A DNA stretch of 64,000 nt from an uncultured Nitrososphaerota archaeon (GTDB taxonomy: Archaea; Thermoproteota; Nitrososphaeria; Nitrososphaerales; CADDZS01): the NCBI GenBank assembly GCA_963799845.1, contig CAWCYI010000006.1, positions 1,216,001 to 1,280,000 on the forward strand, written 5' to 3'. This document shows positions 39,153 to 48,257 of this stretch, piece after piece. Both the position numbers and the translations under genes were made by a program. Below the pieces are notes generated by a model, which worked only from the letters and a program-made list of their open reading frames with translations, had not been told where the DNA came from and searched no databases. Numbering within the stretch: the first letter of the stretch is position 1; every line of letters begins with the position of its first letter.

Positions 39153-40250
39153 ATGAGCGGAGTAATCGGAGGTTACCCTGGGCATCATACATCCAGTCCA
39201 TTCATCTTGCCTCTGGTGCTTGAGGCGACTAGAAATTGTACCATGAATTTCTGCCAAGTAAAACGCGGTGAAAGAGTGTTGATTGTATCAGAATACGATA
39301 CCGATCCGCTCGTCACATCTGCCTTTGCTGCATCCGCCGCAGAAAGCGGAGCAGAAGTTGCAATGATCACTATTCCTCCTCTCGCCGTCGGCGGATGGGT
39401 GAGAAATAGCCCGAACGATATGCTCGTGGGAGCTTTCGAAAATTCCGACGTTGTGATCGCCTGTACGTACTTTGAATTTGCCCACAACGAGAGAACTTTC
39501 TTCAGCAAGATATTCGGAGGAAAAAGCAGAGTCTGTTCTGTCCTGATGGGTTCAACGCCTGGCTCGCTGATCTCAGCGGGTCGATTTCCTATAGCACTTT
39601 ATTGTGAGATTGGAGAAAGAGCCATGAAGGTTTTGAACACTGCAAGCACCATTCGGTACACTACAGCGTCAGGGACCGATGTTACTTTTGAGGGTCCTCA
39701 GGGAATCTCCTATGGAAAGCCCCTCGAGCCGGGAAACTGGGCAATTTTCCCGCCGATGGGGATAAACCTCTATCCGAAGAATTCAAACGGAGTGCTAGTG
39801 CCTGATGAGACAGCACTGACCGGAAAGCTTTCTTCCCCGATCAAGTTTGTGATTGAAAACAACTTTGTTGTGAAGATAGAGGGGGCATCTGGGGCAGAGC
39901 GGGCCGCTATAGAGGCTTTCTGCAATGGGAAATACTACGTCAGGCACACCGTCATCGGGTTAAATCCCAAAGTGAGAATGGTTAACGCACCCGAGTTTGA
40001 AAGGGAAAGGGCAGCGGGAACAACTTACTTGGGATTGGACGGAACCGGCCTATCAGGACAAATTGACAGAACAAAGCCGGGGTTCTCTCACCTCGACATG
40101 ATCTTTGATACTCCAACAGTATACGTCGACGGAGAGCTTTTCGTCAAAGACCGAAGATTGCTGTTACTAGAAGATCGGGAGCTCTTAGAGATAGCGAAAA
40201 AATACGGAGACCCGAAGAAGGTGTTAGCGCAGAATCCTCTTCTCTTCTAG
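39153..40250 (+). CDS. M29/NicX-fold protein, paralog of 16676..17788
   Basis: High visible similarity (YFEFAHNE, ISAGRFPI, HTVIGLNPKVRMVNAP, KPGFSHLDM, YGDPKKVLAQNP); ATG at 39153. Confidence 0.7.
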   Translation: MSGVIGGYPGHHTSSPFILPLVLEATRNCTMNFCQVKRGERVLIVSEYDTDPLVTSAFAASAAESGAEVAMITIPPLAVGGWVRNSPNDMLVGAFENSDVVIACTYFEFAHNERTFFSKIFGGKSRVCSVLMGSTPGSLISAGRFPIALYCEIGERAMKVLNTASTIRYTTASGTDVTFEGPQGISYGKPLEPGNWAIFPPMGINLYPKNSNGVLVPDETALTGKLSSPIKFVIENNFVVKIEGASGAERAAIEAFCNGKYYVRHTVIGLNPKVRMVNAPEFERERAAGTTYLGLDGTGLSGQIDRTKPGFSHLDMIFDTPTVYVDGELFVKDRRLLLLEDRELLEIAKKYGDPKKVLAQNPLLF

Positions 40251-40341
40251 ATGGATCGCTATTTGGCATAGATTCCCCATTTGTCGGTTCAGTAACAATA
40301 CCTTAATTTGACGTTCCGGCACGACAGAATTCGGCCTTGGA

Positions 40342-41460
40342 ATGCTGAACCAAGATTCACTAAATCTATCAGAAATAATTGATCATCTCATTACAGTCCC
40401 AGTTTTTTCCGGGTCGTCCCTCGCCTCCCGACCTGTTGTATTGGACTTGTATGAAGCTGCCAGAGGAAAATTTGGAAGACCGCTTTGCTTTGATGCAACG
40501 GAAAAAATCCTGCTCTCTTCAGAAAAGGAAGCGGTCAAGACTGTCATAATCACAACCGGGTTTATCGTTCCTCCATGGTTGGAGGCAGAGACTGACGGCC
40601 CCGTCGGTGCTGTAACGCTCGCCAGATCGTTGAATCTTGCTTTCGATGCGGTTCCAGTTCTAGTTACCGAGAAACATGCAGTTCAGAAAACAAAATCGCT
40701 GCTCGAAGCGACGGGATTCAGAGTTGGTGATATCGAAAATGCGAAGAAACCACTTGGTAAACGTACTGGACTCGTTGTTGGCTTCACAACCGATGTTGGA
40801 CAAGCTGTTAGAGAGTCAGAAGATCTGATATCGAAAACATCTCCGTTTAGCATAATTTCAATTGAGAAAGCATCTCCGAACAGGGTTGGAGTTTTCCATA
40901 GCGGCGTCGGAGTGGATGTTTCAAAGCTTTCCGCGAAGGTCGACAAGCTCGTTGAACATGCAAAGAATACTGGCATTCTGACAGTGGGGATCGGGGATGC
41001 TGGGAACGAAATAGGAATGGGTTGCATTGAGAAAACCGTCAGAGAAATCCTCCCCACGGGGTCTGATTGTGGTTGTCCTTGTCACCAAGGGGTGGCATCT
41101 GCTGTAGCGACGGACGGATTGATGGTAACCGGAACGTCGAATTGGGGGGCGTCGGCAATCGAGGCCCTATTGGCATTTCATTATAAGGTTCCAGAGCTTC
41201 TGCATGATGGCGCCACTGAAGTGAACTTGATCAGAAGGTCCGCCGAGCTCGGGTTCATCGACCCAGCTTCGGGATTTGCAGATCCGGGCGTGGACGCGAT
41301 ACCAGCGAAAATGCACGGTGCTCTGATCGAGTTACTGAATTTCATCACAAACTCTAGGATGAAAGATTCCTACTATATCAAAAAGTACAGGGAATATACG
41401 AGAGACAAAAAGAAACTGGCCGAGGAAATTGAGAAAGCTGGCGAAAGTCAAGCAATCTAG
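40342..41460 (+). CDS. DUF4392 / D-glutamate cyclase-like protein
   Basis: TTGF, ETDGPVGA, IEK, GVFH, GIGDAGNEIGMG, CGCPC, SNWGA. Confidence 0.85.
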   Translation: MLNQDSLNLSEIIDHLITVPVFSGSSLASRPVVLDLYEAARGKFGRPLCFDATEKILLSSEKEAVKTVIITTGFIVPPWLEAETDGPVGAVTLARSLNLAFDAVPVLVTEKHAVQKTKSLLEATGFRVGDIENAKKPLGKRTGLVVGFTTDVGQAVRESEDLISKTSPFSIISIEKASPNRVGVFHSGVGVDVSKLSAKVDKLVEHAKNTGILTVGIGDAGNEIGMGCIEKTVREILPTGSDCGCPCHQGVASAVATDGLMVTGTSNWGASAIEALLAFHYKVPELLHDGATEVNLIRRSAELGFIDPASGFADPGVDAIPAKMHGALIELLNFITNSRMKDSYYIKKYREYTRDKKKLAEEIEKAGESQAI

Positions 41461-42182
41461 TATCTTGCGAGAAGAGTGCCGAGTCCGCTTACACTTCCCT
41501 TTCTCTTCAAAGCCTTAAGCGATCGCCACAGACTCGCCGCGTTGCTCGTGACGACCGGCTTCCCCAGTTCTTCCTCAATTCTTTGAATTACTGTCATCGT
41601 CTTTAGGTCTGTACAACTCAAAAAAATTCCCTCCGCTTCCGGGCTATCTACAGCCCGTGCTAGTTTCACCGTCGTCTCTGGCGGTTCTGCATGAAGCGGC
41701 GCTCCCTTTGTGTACCCAAGGCCTTTGATTTTTGTAACTTCCAATCCATTTTCTTCTAGAAACCGTACTTCCGCGTCGTTGAGCTCCTTCGAGTAGGGTG
41801 TTCCAACCGCTATCTTTCGAAGCCCGAGCGTACTGAATGCATCGAGAACCGCCCCCGCAGTAGTAATCACTGGAACAGATGTCGCTTCCTTCATTCGATG
41901 CTCTAATTTTTCCTCCCATTTCTTTCCTCCTATCAAACTCCCCGTAGTGCAGGCATAGAGAACAGCGCTAACATCCGCGGAGTCGAGCATTCTGCAAGCA
42001 TTTTCAGTAGCGTCTGCCATGTCAACCAGATCTTTTCTCGTTCCGCTTCTGAGTAAGAGTCTTGTCGCGTGTATGGACACGTCTTCGGGAGCGACCGCAT
42101 TGAATTCTGGTTCTATCGTTACGTTAAGAGAAGGGACTATGATGCCAAGTCGGTACTTGGTGTTGTATTTTGGATTTTCCAA
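41457..42182 (-). CDS. Asp/Glu racemase superfamily, maleate cis-trans isomerase/arylmalonate decarboxylase-like
   Basis: RLGIIVPSLNVTIEPEF, YACTTGS, TPY, FLSCTDL, LGKPVVTSN, GLGTLL; both Cys present. Confidence 0.88.
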   Translation of the reverse strand: MENPKYNTKYRLGIIVPSLNVTIEPEFNAVAPEDVSIHATRLLLRSGTRKDLVDMADATENACRMLDSADVSAVLYACTTGSLIGGKKWEEKLEHRMKEATSVPVITTAGAVLDAFSTLGLRKIAVGTPYSKELNDAEVRFLEENGLEVTKIKGLGYTKGAPLHAEPPETTVKLARAVDSPEAEGIFLSCTDLKTMTVIQRIEEELGKPVVTSNAASLWRSLKALKRKGSVSGLGTLLARY

Positions 42183-43541
42183 TTATTTCCCCGAAGTTTT
42201 CGCTTTTGCTTCTGAAACGTATTCTTTTAGATCGATTTCGTCTTGTCCTGGAACAAACTTTCGAACCTTTTCTTCCGAAGCATCCAGAGGTGCTGTTGCG
42301 TCGATCCCTACTTTAGACTGGTGTAAGTGATGGAGGTCCCTCGGGAATCCTTGAGCTTCTGCCACGATGAAGATTCCCTTGTCGGGCCTGCTTCTTGTTA
42401 CCATTGCCCACCAGACATCGTTTACGTCGTAGACATCCACATCCTCATCCACGACGACGCAATATTTTAGCCAAGAATAGGCACCAAATGCGCACATGGC
42501 GGCATTCTTCGGTTCGCCCTCGAACCTCTTCTTGATAGAAACAACGCACGACAATAACGAAGGCGTGTTGGAAACTGATCTGACGTCGTAACCCGCATAA
42601 TTCAAAGCTCGGTAGACCTTTGCCTCCCTAGATATGGCAAGGAGGTGAATGTCTTCCTTGCTTCCAGCTTGAATTGTGTGATAGATTGCGTTGTTTCGGT
42701 GGGTTATCGCCTTCAGCCGGAAGACATGATTTTTCGTTTGGGGGATGTAGAATTGAAAAACGTCGCCATACGGCCCCTCTTCCTCTCTGACGTTTGCCAA
42801 GACCTCGCCCTCAAGAACGATCTCTGCATTGGCCGGGACGTTGACATCAATCGTCTCGCACTTTACTGTCTCCACCGCTTCACCGGCCAGAGCGCCAGCG
42901 AGCTCAAAGTGATCAGTTCCATAGGGAAGGGTCGTGGAAGCTGCTATCATTTCAAAGGGATGAGACCCAATCACCACAGCAACTTCGAGATTACGTCCTA
43001 ATTTTTCTGCTTTGGACTGTATCACCCCTAGATGTTGAGGCGGCATCATTCTTATACCGAATTTCTTCGGTTCCTTGAATTGCATCCTGTTAAACGACAT
43101 GTTTGTGTATCCAGTTTCTGGGTCTTTGGCGATGGCCATCCCCGCCGTGATGAACGGTGCCACATCTCCGACCGCGTGTGTAACATGGGGGAGGACCCCT
43201 TCATCGGCATCGTCGCCAACGAATATCCTTTCCTTGACGGGGCCTGAGGATACCATTCTGGGCTTTACCAAATTTTCCGATCTTTTCACGAAATACGGAA
43301 CTGTCTCGGCCTCGGATGTTCCCAAAAGGAGTGCGAGCATCTTCCTCGAAATAACAAGGTTAGCGGTGACCTCAAAGTTCCCTCCCCTGACTTCGTGAAA
43401 CAAAACAGCCTTTCCTTCCTTTTCCGTCTGCTTTACCACGGCGGAAAGCTCGAACTTTGGATCAACTTCCTTTTCAATATGAAAGAGTAGGTCGTGCTTT
43501 TCGAGTAGATCCAGGTAGCTTCTAAGATCTCTTTTCAACAT
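42183..43541 (-). CDS. UbiD-family (prFMN) decarboxylase
   Basis: DLRSYL, DVAPFITAG, SFNRM, VPANAEIVLEG, EGPYGD, VVVDEDVD, KVGIDAT. Confidence 0.93.
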   Translation of the reverse strand: MLKRDLRSYLDLLEKHDLLFHIEKEVDPKFELSAVVKQTEKEGKAVLFHEVRGGNFEVTANLVISRKMLALLLGTSEAETVPYFVKRSENLVKPRMVSSGPVKERIFVGDDADEGVLPHVTHAVGDVAPFITAGMAIAKDPETGYTNMSFNRMQFKEPKKFGIRMMPPQHLGVIQSKAEKLGRNLEVAVVIGSHPFEMIAASTTLPYGTDHFELAGALAGEAVETVKCETIDVNVPANAEIVLEGEVLANVREEEGPYGDVFQFYIPQTKNHVFRLKAITHRNNAIYHTIQAGSKEDIHLLAISREAKVYRALNYAGYDVRSVSNTPSLLSCVVSIKKRFEGEPKNAAMCAFGAYSWLKYCVVVDEDVDVYDVNDVWWAMVTRSRPDKGIFIVAEAQGFPRDLHHLHQSKVGIDATAPLDASEEKVRKFVPGQDEIDLKEYVSEAKAKTSGK

Positions 43542-43728
43542 GACGACTGGCTAATTTAGAGTTTGATTCCCGTATTATCTGTTTTCGGGTGCGTCTATTC
43601 TTCTGGGATCCAAAAATCTTAGCATGTCGCACCACGTTCGAAGGAGATACGATCTAAACTCGTTACGGGTTTAAATCCCATCCATGTTAGAGAGTAGAAT
43701 GATGAAAATCGACTGAAAGTATGTGAAG

Positions 43729-43858
43729 TGTCGCTGGTGGGATTTGAACCCACGATCGAGAGGTGTCTGCTCTCACTCGAGAACCACAGCCTCCTATGCT
43801 AACCAAACTGCGCCTGGAGTGAGAAATTATCCACTTTAGCAGCCTGCACCATAGCCGA
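43729..43858 (-). tRNA. tRNA-His(GUG) with two introns (15/16: 43808-43843; 37/38: 43765-43783); acceptor stem imperfect
   Basis: T arm GTGGG-TTCAAAT-CCCAC, anticodon arm GGAGG-CTGTGG|A-CCTCT, D arm GTGC-AG|TTTGGTTA-GCAT; both introns fold into BHB motifs. Confidence 0.8.
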
Positions 43859-44015
43859 TTCGCGGGTTCACTTTTTTCTTATGCTCCACTCCTTTATCAC
43901 GATGCAGACTGCGGGATATCCGTCGACATCAATTGCCATCGCCCTGTGGTCGTGTGTATAGTGGAAGAGCCTTGGCTTCGATACTCTTCTCCCTATGCAG
44001 CGAAGCCTCTCGCCC

Positions 44016-44378
44016 TCAATCTGATTTGGCTGGGGTACGTTGCTCAACCCTATCCTCGCTCCATAGCTTTTCTAAAATTTCATTCACAAAAACGATGTCC
44101 AACTTGAGCTCATCAGCAATGTCGCTAGTGAGAGCCCGGTCGTGAACCTTGAGGTAATCAAGAATCTCTTTTCTTGCTTGCTGTTTAGGAACTTCTCGCA
44201 GCTTTACTACTTCAAGTCCCTGCACTTCATCTGAATACGCTCTTATTGCATCTCTGATTGCTTGCGCTTTTGACGTACCAGTTCTTTCGGATAACTTTTC
44301 AAGTAATTTGTTATCTTCAGCGCCAAGTGAAATGGGGTATACCACTCTCGTTTTCCGAGTTGTCGCCTTTTGCATCAT
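44016..44378 (-). CDS. Ribbon-helix-helix (CopG-like) plus C-terminal winged-helix protein
   Basis: YPISLGAEDNKLLEKLSERTGTSKAQAIRDAIR; EILDYLK...TSDIADELKLD..FVNEILEKL. Confidence 0.75.
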   Translation of the reverse strand: MMQKATTRKTRVVYPISLGAEDNKLLEKLSERTGTSKAQAIRDAIRAYSDEVQGLEVVKLREVPKQQARKEILDYLKVHDRALTSDIADELKLDIVFVNEILEKLWSEDRVEQRTPAKSD

Positions 44379-44641
44379 ATACGCTGGTATAGGATTGTAT
44401 AAATAACATTTTATCACACCGTCTTTGGCCTCTTCTAATTCGGATTCTTCGTGCGAAGTATACTCGTTTTCCGAGTGGAGGAATGTTTCTATCTAGAGTC
44501 TAATTCTCTAAACAAATATCGACTGACACTCAGGAAAAGAGGGCCACCGGTGGATTTGAAACCGATTAGGGGGTTATCGCAGTCGGTTGGTAGTGGATTA
44601 ATTGCCGAATCCCAGTCAAGCGATAGATACGCAATCACATT

Positions 44642-45004
44642 TCAATGAGTGCCCTCTCTTGAATTTGGAATTAATTTGTCTCTCTTTAAAAAAACCCACA
44701 CGATTACAGCCCCGGCAATGATCATGAGGAAGAAGAAGACGAACAGATAGGTCGGTATGTCAGATGGACTGGAAGAAAAGATCGATGAAACAGTTATAAC
44801 TGCCGATTGATCGATTAAAGAGAACTTCACAGTGTCACAACACTGCGTAATATATAACAACGGAATCCCATTTGAACTGTATGTAGTTCTCCAGACTGTG
44901 CAGCCTGTGTCGTAATCAGTAGGACAACTAGAATTCGAAGACAGTTCATTGGAGATCAGCAGAATTGCAATGATTATGAAAAGTGATGATGTATGATCTA
45001 ACAT
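44642..45004 (-). CDS. Small membrane protein with Cys-containing loop
   Basis: N- and C-terminal hydrophobic segments flanking a Cys-containing loop; no family recognised. Confidence 0.4.
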   Translation of the reverse strand: MLDHTSSLFIIIAILLISNELSSNSSCPTDYDTGCTVWRTTYSSNGIPLLYITQCCDTVKFSLIDQSAVITVSSIFSSSPSDIPTYLFVFFFLMIIAGAVIVWVFLKRDKLIPNSREGTH

Positions 45005-45122
45005 AACCTGATTCTTTTCGATAGGATTGCGCCCTAATTCTTTGGCAAACGTGTCTCCTGAGGCCGGCAGGAAATGTTCTTGTAACAGTGGAATAGAAGC
45101 ACTTCGAAATGAATCACATCTC

Positions 45123-45890
45123 TTAACAAAAATCCTGTGATCCCGATTTCTTATGAATCAACATAATTCTCAAATCAACTGCCTTACAGCCTTTTTCAAA
45201 AACAAGAAGAGGGTTAATGTCTATTGCCTCTATTTCCTTAACGATTGTAAGAATTCTACCGATGCTTTTGATCACTTCACCACCGCGCCAACATCAAGAG
45301 GTTTCGATCCTCGGAATCCTTTGAGCAATGGTGCCGCCCTGATCTCTTGCATCATTTTGAGCGCGTCTGATTTGGATATCGGTGCGATCCTAAAGGAAAC
45401 ATCTTTGTAGAGTTCTACATTGATGCCTCCTGCTCCAAATATTACCGCGGCCCAAACTGAAGATCCCTTATGCCACCCACGACGAACCCATACTTACTCC
45501 GAACCATTTCTTGTACGTAGACTCCCGGATGTCGGGATTTCTGACTGCGTCTTTTGCTTTACTAATTATTTCTGCATATGCATTCTTGGTTTCAGAGTCA
45601 GAATTGATATTGACTTTCACGCAGCCGATATCACTCTTATGAAGAATCTCCGAAGAGACTATCTTCAACACTACAGGATAACCAATTTTCTTGGTAGGAG
45701 CTACTGCTTGGACGGCAATCTGCACCATGCCACCTCTTGCAAGGGGAATACCAAAATGATATCACTTCTTCTGCCACATCTTCCACTAAGGTGAAACGGC
45801 CCCGATTCACCGCATCCTTTACAAGCGCTAATGCCTTTGCCAGATTTGTTTGTTTCACAGGAGCTGCTCCAATTGACTGAGATTCCCATC
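45123..45890 (-). pseudogene. Decayed ADP-forming acyl-CoA synthetase beta subunit (ATP-grasp)
   Basis: Across frames: KIGYPVVLKIVSSEILHKSDIGCVKVN, GGINVELYKDVSFRIAPI, LLKGFRG, IDINPL..AVDLRI, with stops and frameshifts. Confidence 0.85.
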
Positions 45891-46049
45891 GCATAATCTA
45901 TTTATTTTATTCATCTGGGCCTATGCCATGCCTATAGGGCTAAAACTGATCTACCTGACACTTGGCGAGATCAAAGCCGTCTGCTCAAAAAAACAAGGAG
46001 CGATTGAAGATAATTTGATTGTATCTCCGGATTCTTAAATCATCAGGAA

Positions 46050-46290
46050 ATTCGGCGTTCTCAAAAATTCCCCGGCCCATATATAACAGAGATTGGCTAA
46101 TCGTGAGTGGTCCCATGAATCTGAAAACGTTTTCATAATGGCCCAGGCATGCATCAAAAGTCCTTTCCGACATGATTCAAGAGGCGCTTGCTTTGCAAAA
46201 TAAGCCCGGAACCTCGGATTTCTCCGATGCTGCGAGATCTGTTAGCATCGTCTCGCAGTCTTTTCGTCACCTCTCTTTCCTCATTCAGAT
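46050..46290 (-). pseudogene. Class III aminotransferase C-terminal remnant
   Basis: IGEIRGSGLIL and GHYENVFRFMGPLTISQSLLYMGRGIFENA in different frames match the VRG.GL...GNVIRF.PPL.I signature. Confidence 0.65.
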
Positions 46291-46438
46291 TTGAAATATC
46301 TGTGGGCTAGTGTTCAAGACAAAGTATAGACCTAGGGTTAATGGCATAGTTGCAAAAGAGCTAGAATTAATTGCCAAGTCTCAAAACTAAAACATTCATA
46401 AAGTGGAATCAGAAATCTGAATAGATCACAAGCTTCGA

Positions 46439-47713
46439 ATGTATGCGACACCTGATCAAATGTATCTCAAGCTTATTCCTTATTCGGAAGTTTTAGATAA
46501 AATAACGAAGGAACTCGCCCATTATAAAATGGGTACTGAAAAAGTGTCAACAAGCGAAGCGTTGGACAGGATATGCGCGATATCAATAACATCTGAGAAG
46601 GACATTCCCAGTTGCGATGTCAGTGCCATGGACGGTTATGCGATACACTCTTCTGAGACTATCAATGCTTCATTATCTAGTCCATCTGAGTTCGCTTGCA
46701 AAGCGAATTCGGATGTTGTCTTAAGAAGAAAGCTCAATTCTGACGAGGCATGCTACGTATCAACTGGATCGAGGATACCCAAGGGAACAGATGCGGTCGC
46801 ACGGATTGAGGAAGTACGTGTTCTCGGTCATTTAATCATGATCGCTAGGCAAGTCGAGAGAGGACGAAATATCAATCCAAAAGGCATTGATATAAGAAAA
46901 GGTCAATCGATCGCAGAAAAAGGCGCAAATCTAAATCCGGCGGAAGTCTCGCTCCTGATATCGGCAGGCGTTAGATCGTTATTTGTTTTGAAACGTCCTC
47001 GTATCGGAATTCTGTCAATTGGAAACGAATTAAGGGATATCGACCAAAAGTCCGTTCAAAATAAGGCAACTATCAACAATTACGCAGATCTCGTTGAAGC
47101 TCTGATTGATCATGTTGGAGCGAGTTCAGAGCGCCTTGGAATAAGCAAGGACTATCCTCAAGAAATAATCAAAGTAATCAAAAAGAAAATACCACATCTT
47201 GACATGATTGTTACTATCGGGGGGAGTTCCATCGGGCATCACGACCTCACGATCCAGGCCTTCACAACGTCAAAGAGTTCTAGGGTGCTGTTTCACGGTG
47301 TTAGAATAGTTCCCATAAAGCCGGCAGGATTGGCTTTAGTCGAAAAAAAACCAGTTGCAATACTTCCAGGCAACGCAATTTCAGTTGCTTTATCTTTCTT
47401 TCTGATTGTGGTTCCAGTCCTGAATACAATTTCAGGACTGCCATTAGAATCAGGACAAGCTAGAGTTGTTGCTACAGCTAAAGAGGATATCTCAAATCAT
47501 AGATCTATTGATTCGATATATTTAGTGCAGTTGTTTCTTAAGGAGTACGGTTTTCAGGCTACGGCTCTTCCTTGGGGATCCAACCTTATGTCTAGTTTGA
47601 AGATGGCAAATGGTTTCATGCTTCTAGAGAAAAATCAGATTGTTAAGAAAGGGGACAAACTCACAGTAACCCTCCTCAGCAATAATGAGATCTTGAGAAT
47701 TCCCAAAGAATGA
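46439..47713 (+). CDS. moeA: Molybdopterin molybdotransferase
   Basis: SAMDGYA, TGSRIPKGTDAV..IEE, SIGNEL, GGSSIG..D, LPGN, ANGF. Confidence 0.92.
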   Translation: MYATPDQMYLKLIPYSEVLDKITKELAHYKMGTEKVSTSEALDRICAISITSEKDIPSCDVSAMDGYAIHSSETINASLSSPSEFACKANSDVVLRRKLNSDEACYVSTGSRIPKGTDAVARIEEVRVLGHLIMIARQVERGRNINPKGIDIRKGQSIAEKGANLNPAEVSLLISAGVRSLFVLKRPRIGILSIGNELRDIDQKSVQNKATINNYADLVEALIDHVGASSERLGISKDYPQEIIKVIKKKIPHLDMIVTIGGSSIGHHDLTIQAFTTSKSSRVLFHGVRIVPIKPAGLALVEKKPVAILPGNAISVALSFFLIVVPVLNTISGLPLESGQARVVATAKEDISNHRSIDSIYLVQLFLKEYGFQATALPWGSNLMSSLKMANGFMLLEKNQIVKKGDKLTVTLLSNNEILRIPKE

Positions 47714-47723
47714 CTCGCCGGAT

Positions 47724-48257
47724 TTGAAGATAATACAATTCTTAGGATATAGCGGTAGCGGAAAGACAAGTGCAATTTCCGCACTGACGACTGAACTTGT
47801 GAAAAGAGGTAACAAGGTAGGGACGCTTAAACACATTCACCACGATGAGCTCTCCATTGATCGAAAAGGAAAGGATAGTTGGATTCACAGAAAGTCCGGT
47901 GCCTCGGCCGTCATCATGATCACACCAAAGGAATTCGTTCTCATAAAGGAGAGAGCCAGTGAAGGAATCAAAATGAATGTAGACATTGAAGACGCATTCC
48001 AGTTTTTCAGAAACGAGGGCTTTGATTACGTATTCATTGAAGGATTCTACAAGTTCCTTAAGAATAAGCACCAAATCAAACAAATCCTTTGCGTAAGGAA
48101 CGACAGCGAAATACGCGAACTTTTAGAGCTGCACAAGAAACCTATTTGCATACTAGGGATTGTTTCAGATACCTATCAAGGCAAAGGCTCTTCTCAAAAT
48201 ATCCCACATCTAAACTTACGCAGAGACAAAGCTAAATTAATCGAAATAATTTCCTAG
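47724..48257 (+). CDS. mobB: Molybdopterin-guanine dinucleotide biosynthesis protein B
   Basis: GYSGSGKT, LKHIHH, DRKGKDSW..RKSGA, IEGF. Confidence 0.92.
   Translation: MKIIQFLGYSGSGKTSAISALTTELVKRGNKVGTLKHIHHDELSIDRKGKDSWIHRKSGASAVIMITPKEFVLIKERASEGIKMNVDIEDAFQFFRNEGFDYVFIEGFYKFLKNKHQIKQILCVRNDSEIRELLELHKKPICILGIVSDTYQGKGSSQNIPHLNLRRDKAKLIEIIS

Noticed and set aside
44541-44575. tRNA 3'-end-like sequence on the minus strand (TTCAAATCCACCGGTGGCC), possible att remnant
   Set aside because: T-stem 5' side does not pair, there is no anticodon or D arm, no match to the tRNA-His end, and no integrase nearby
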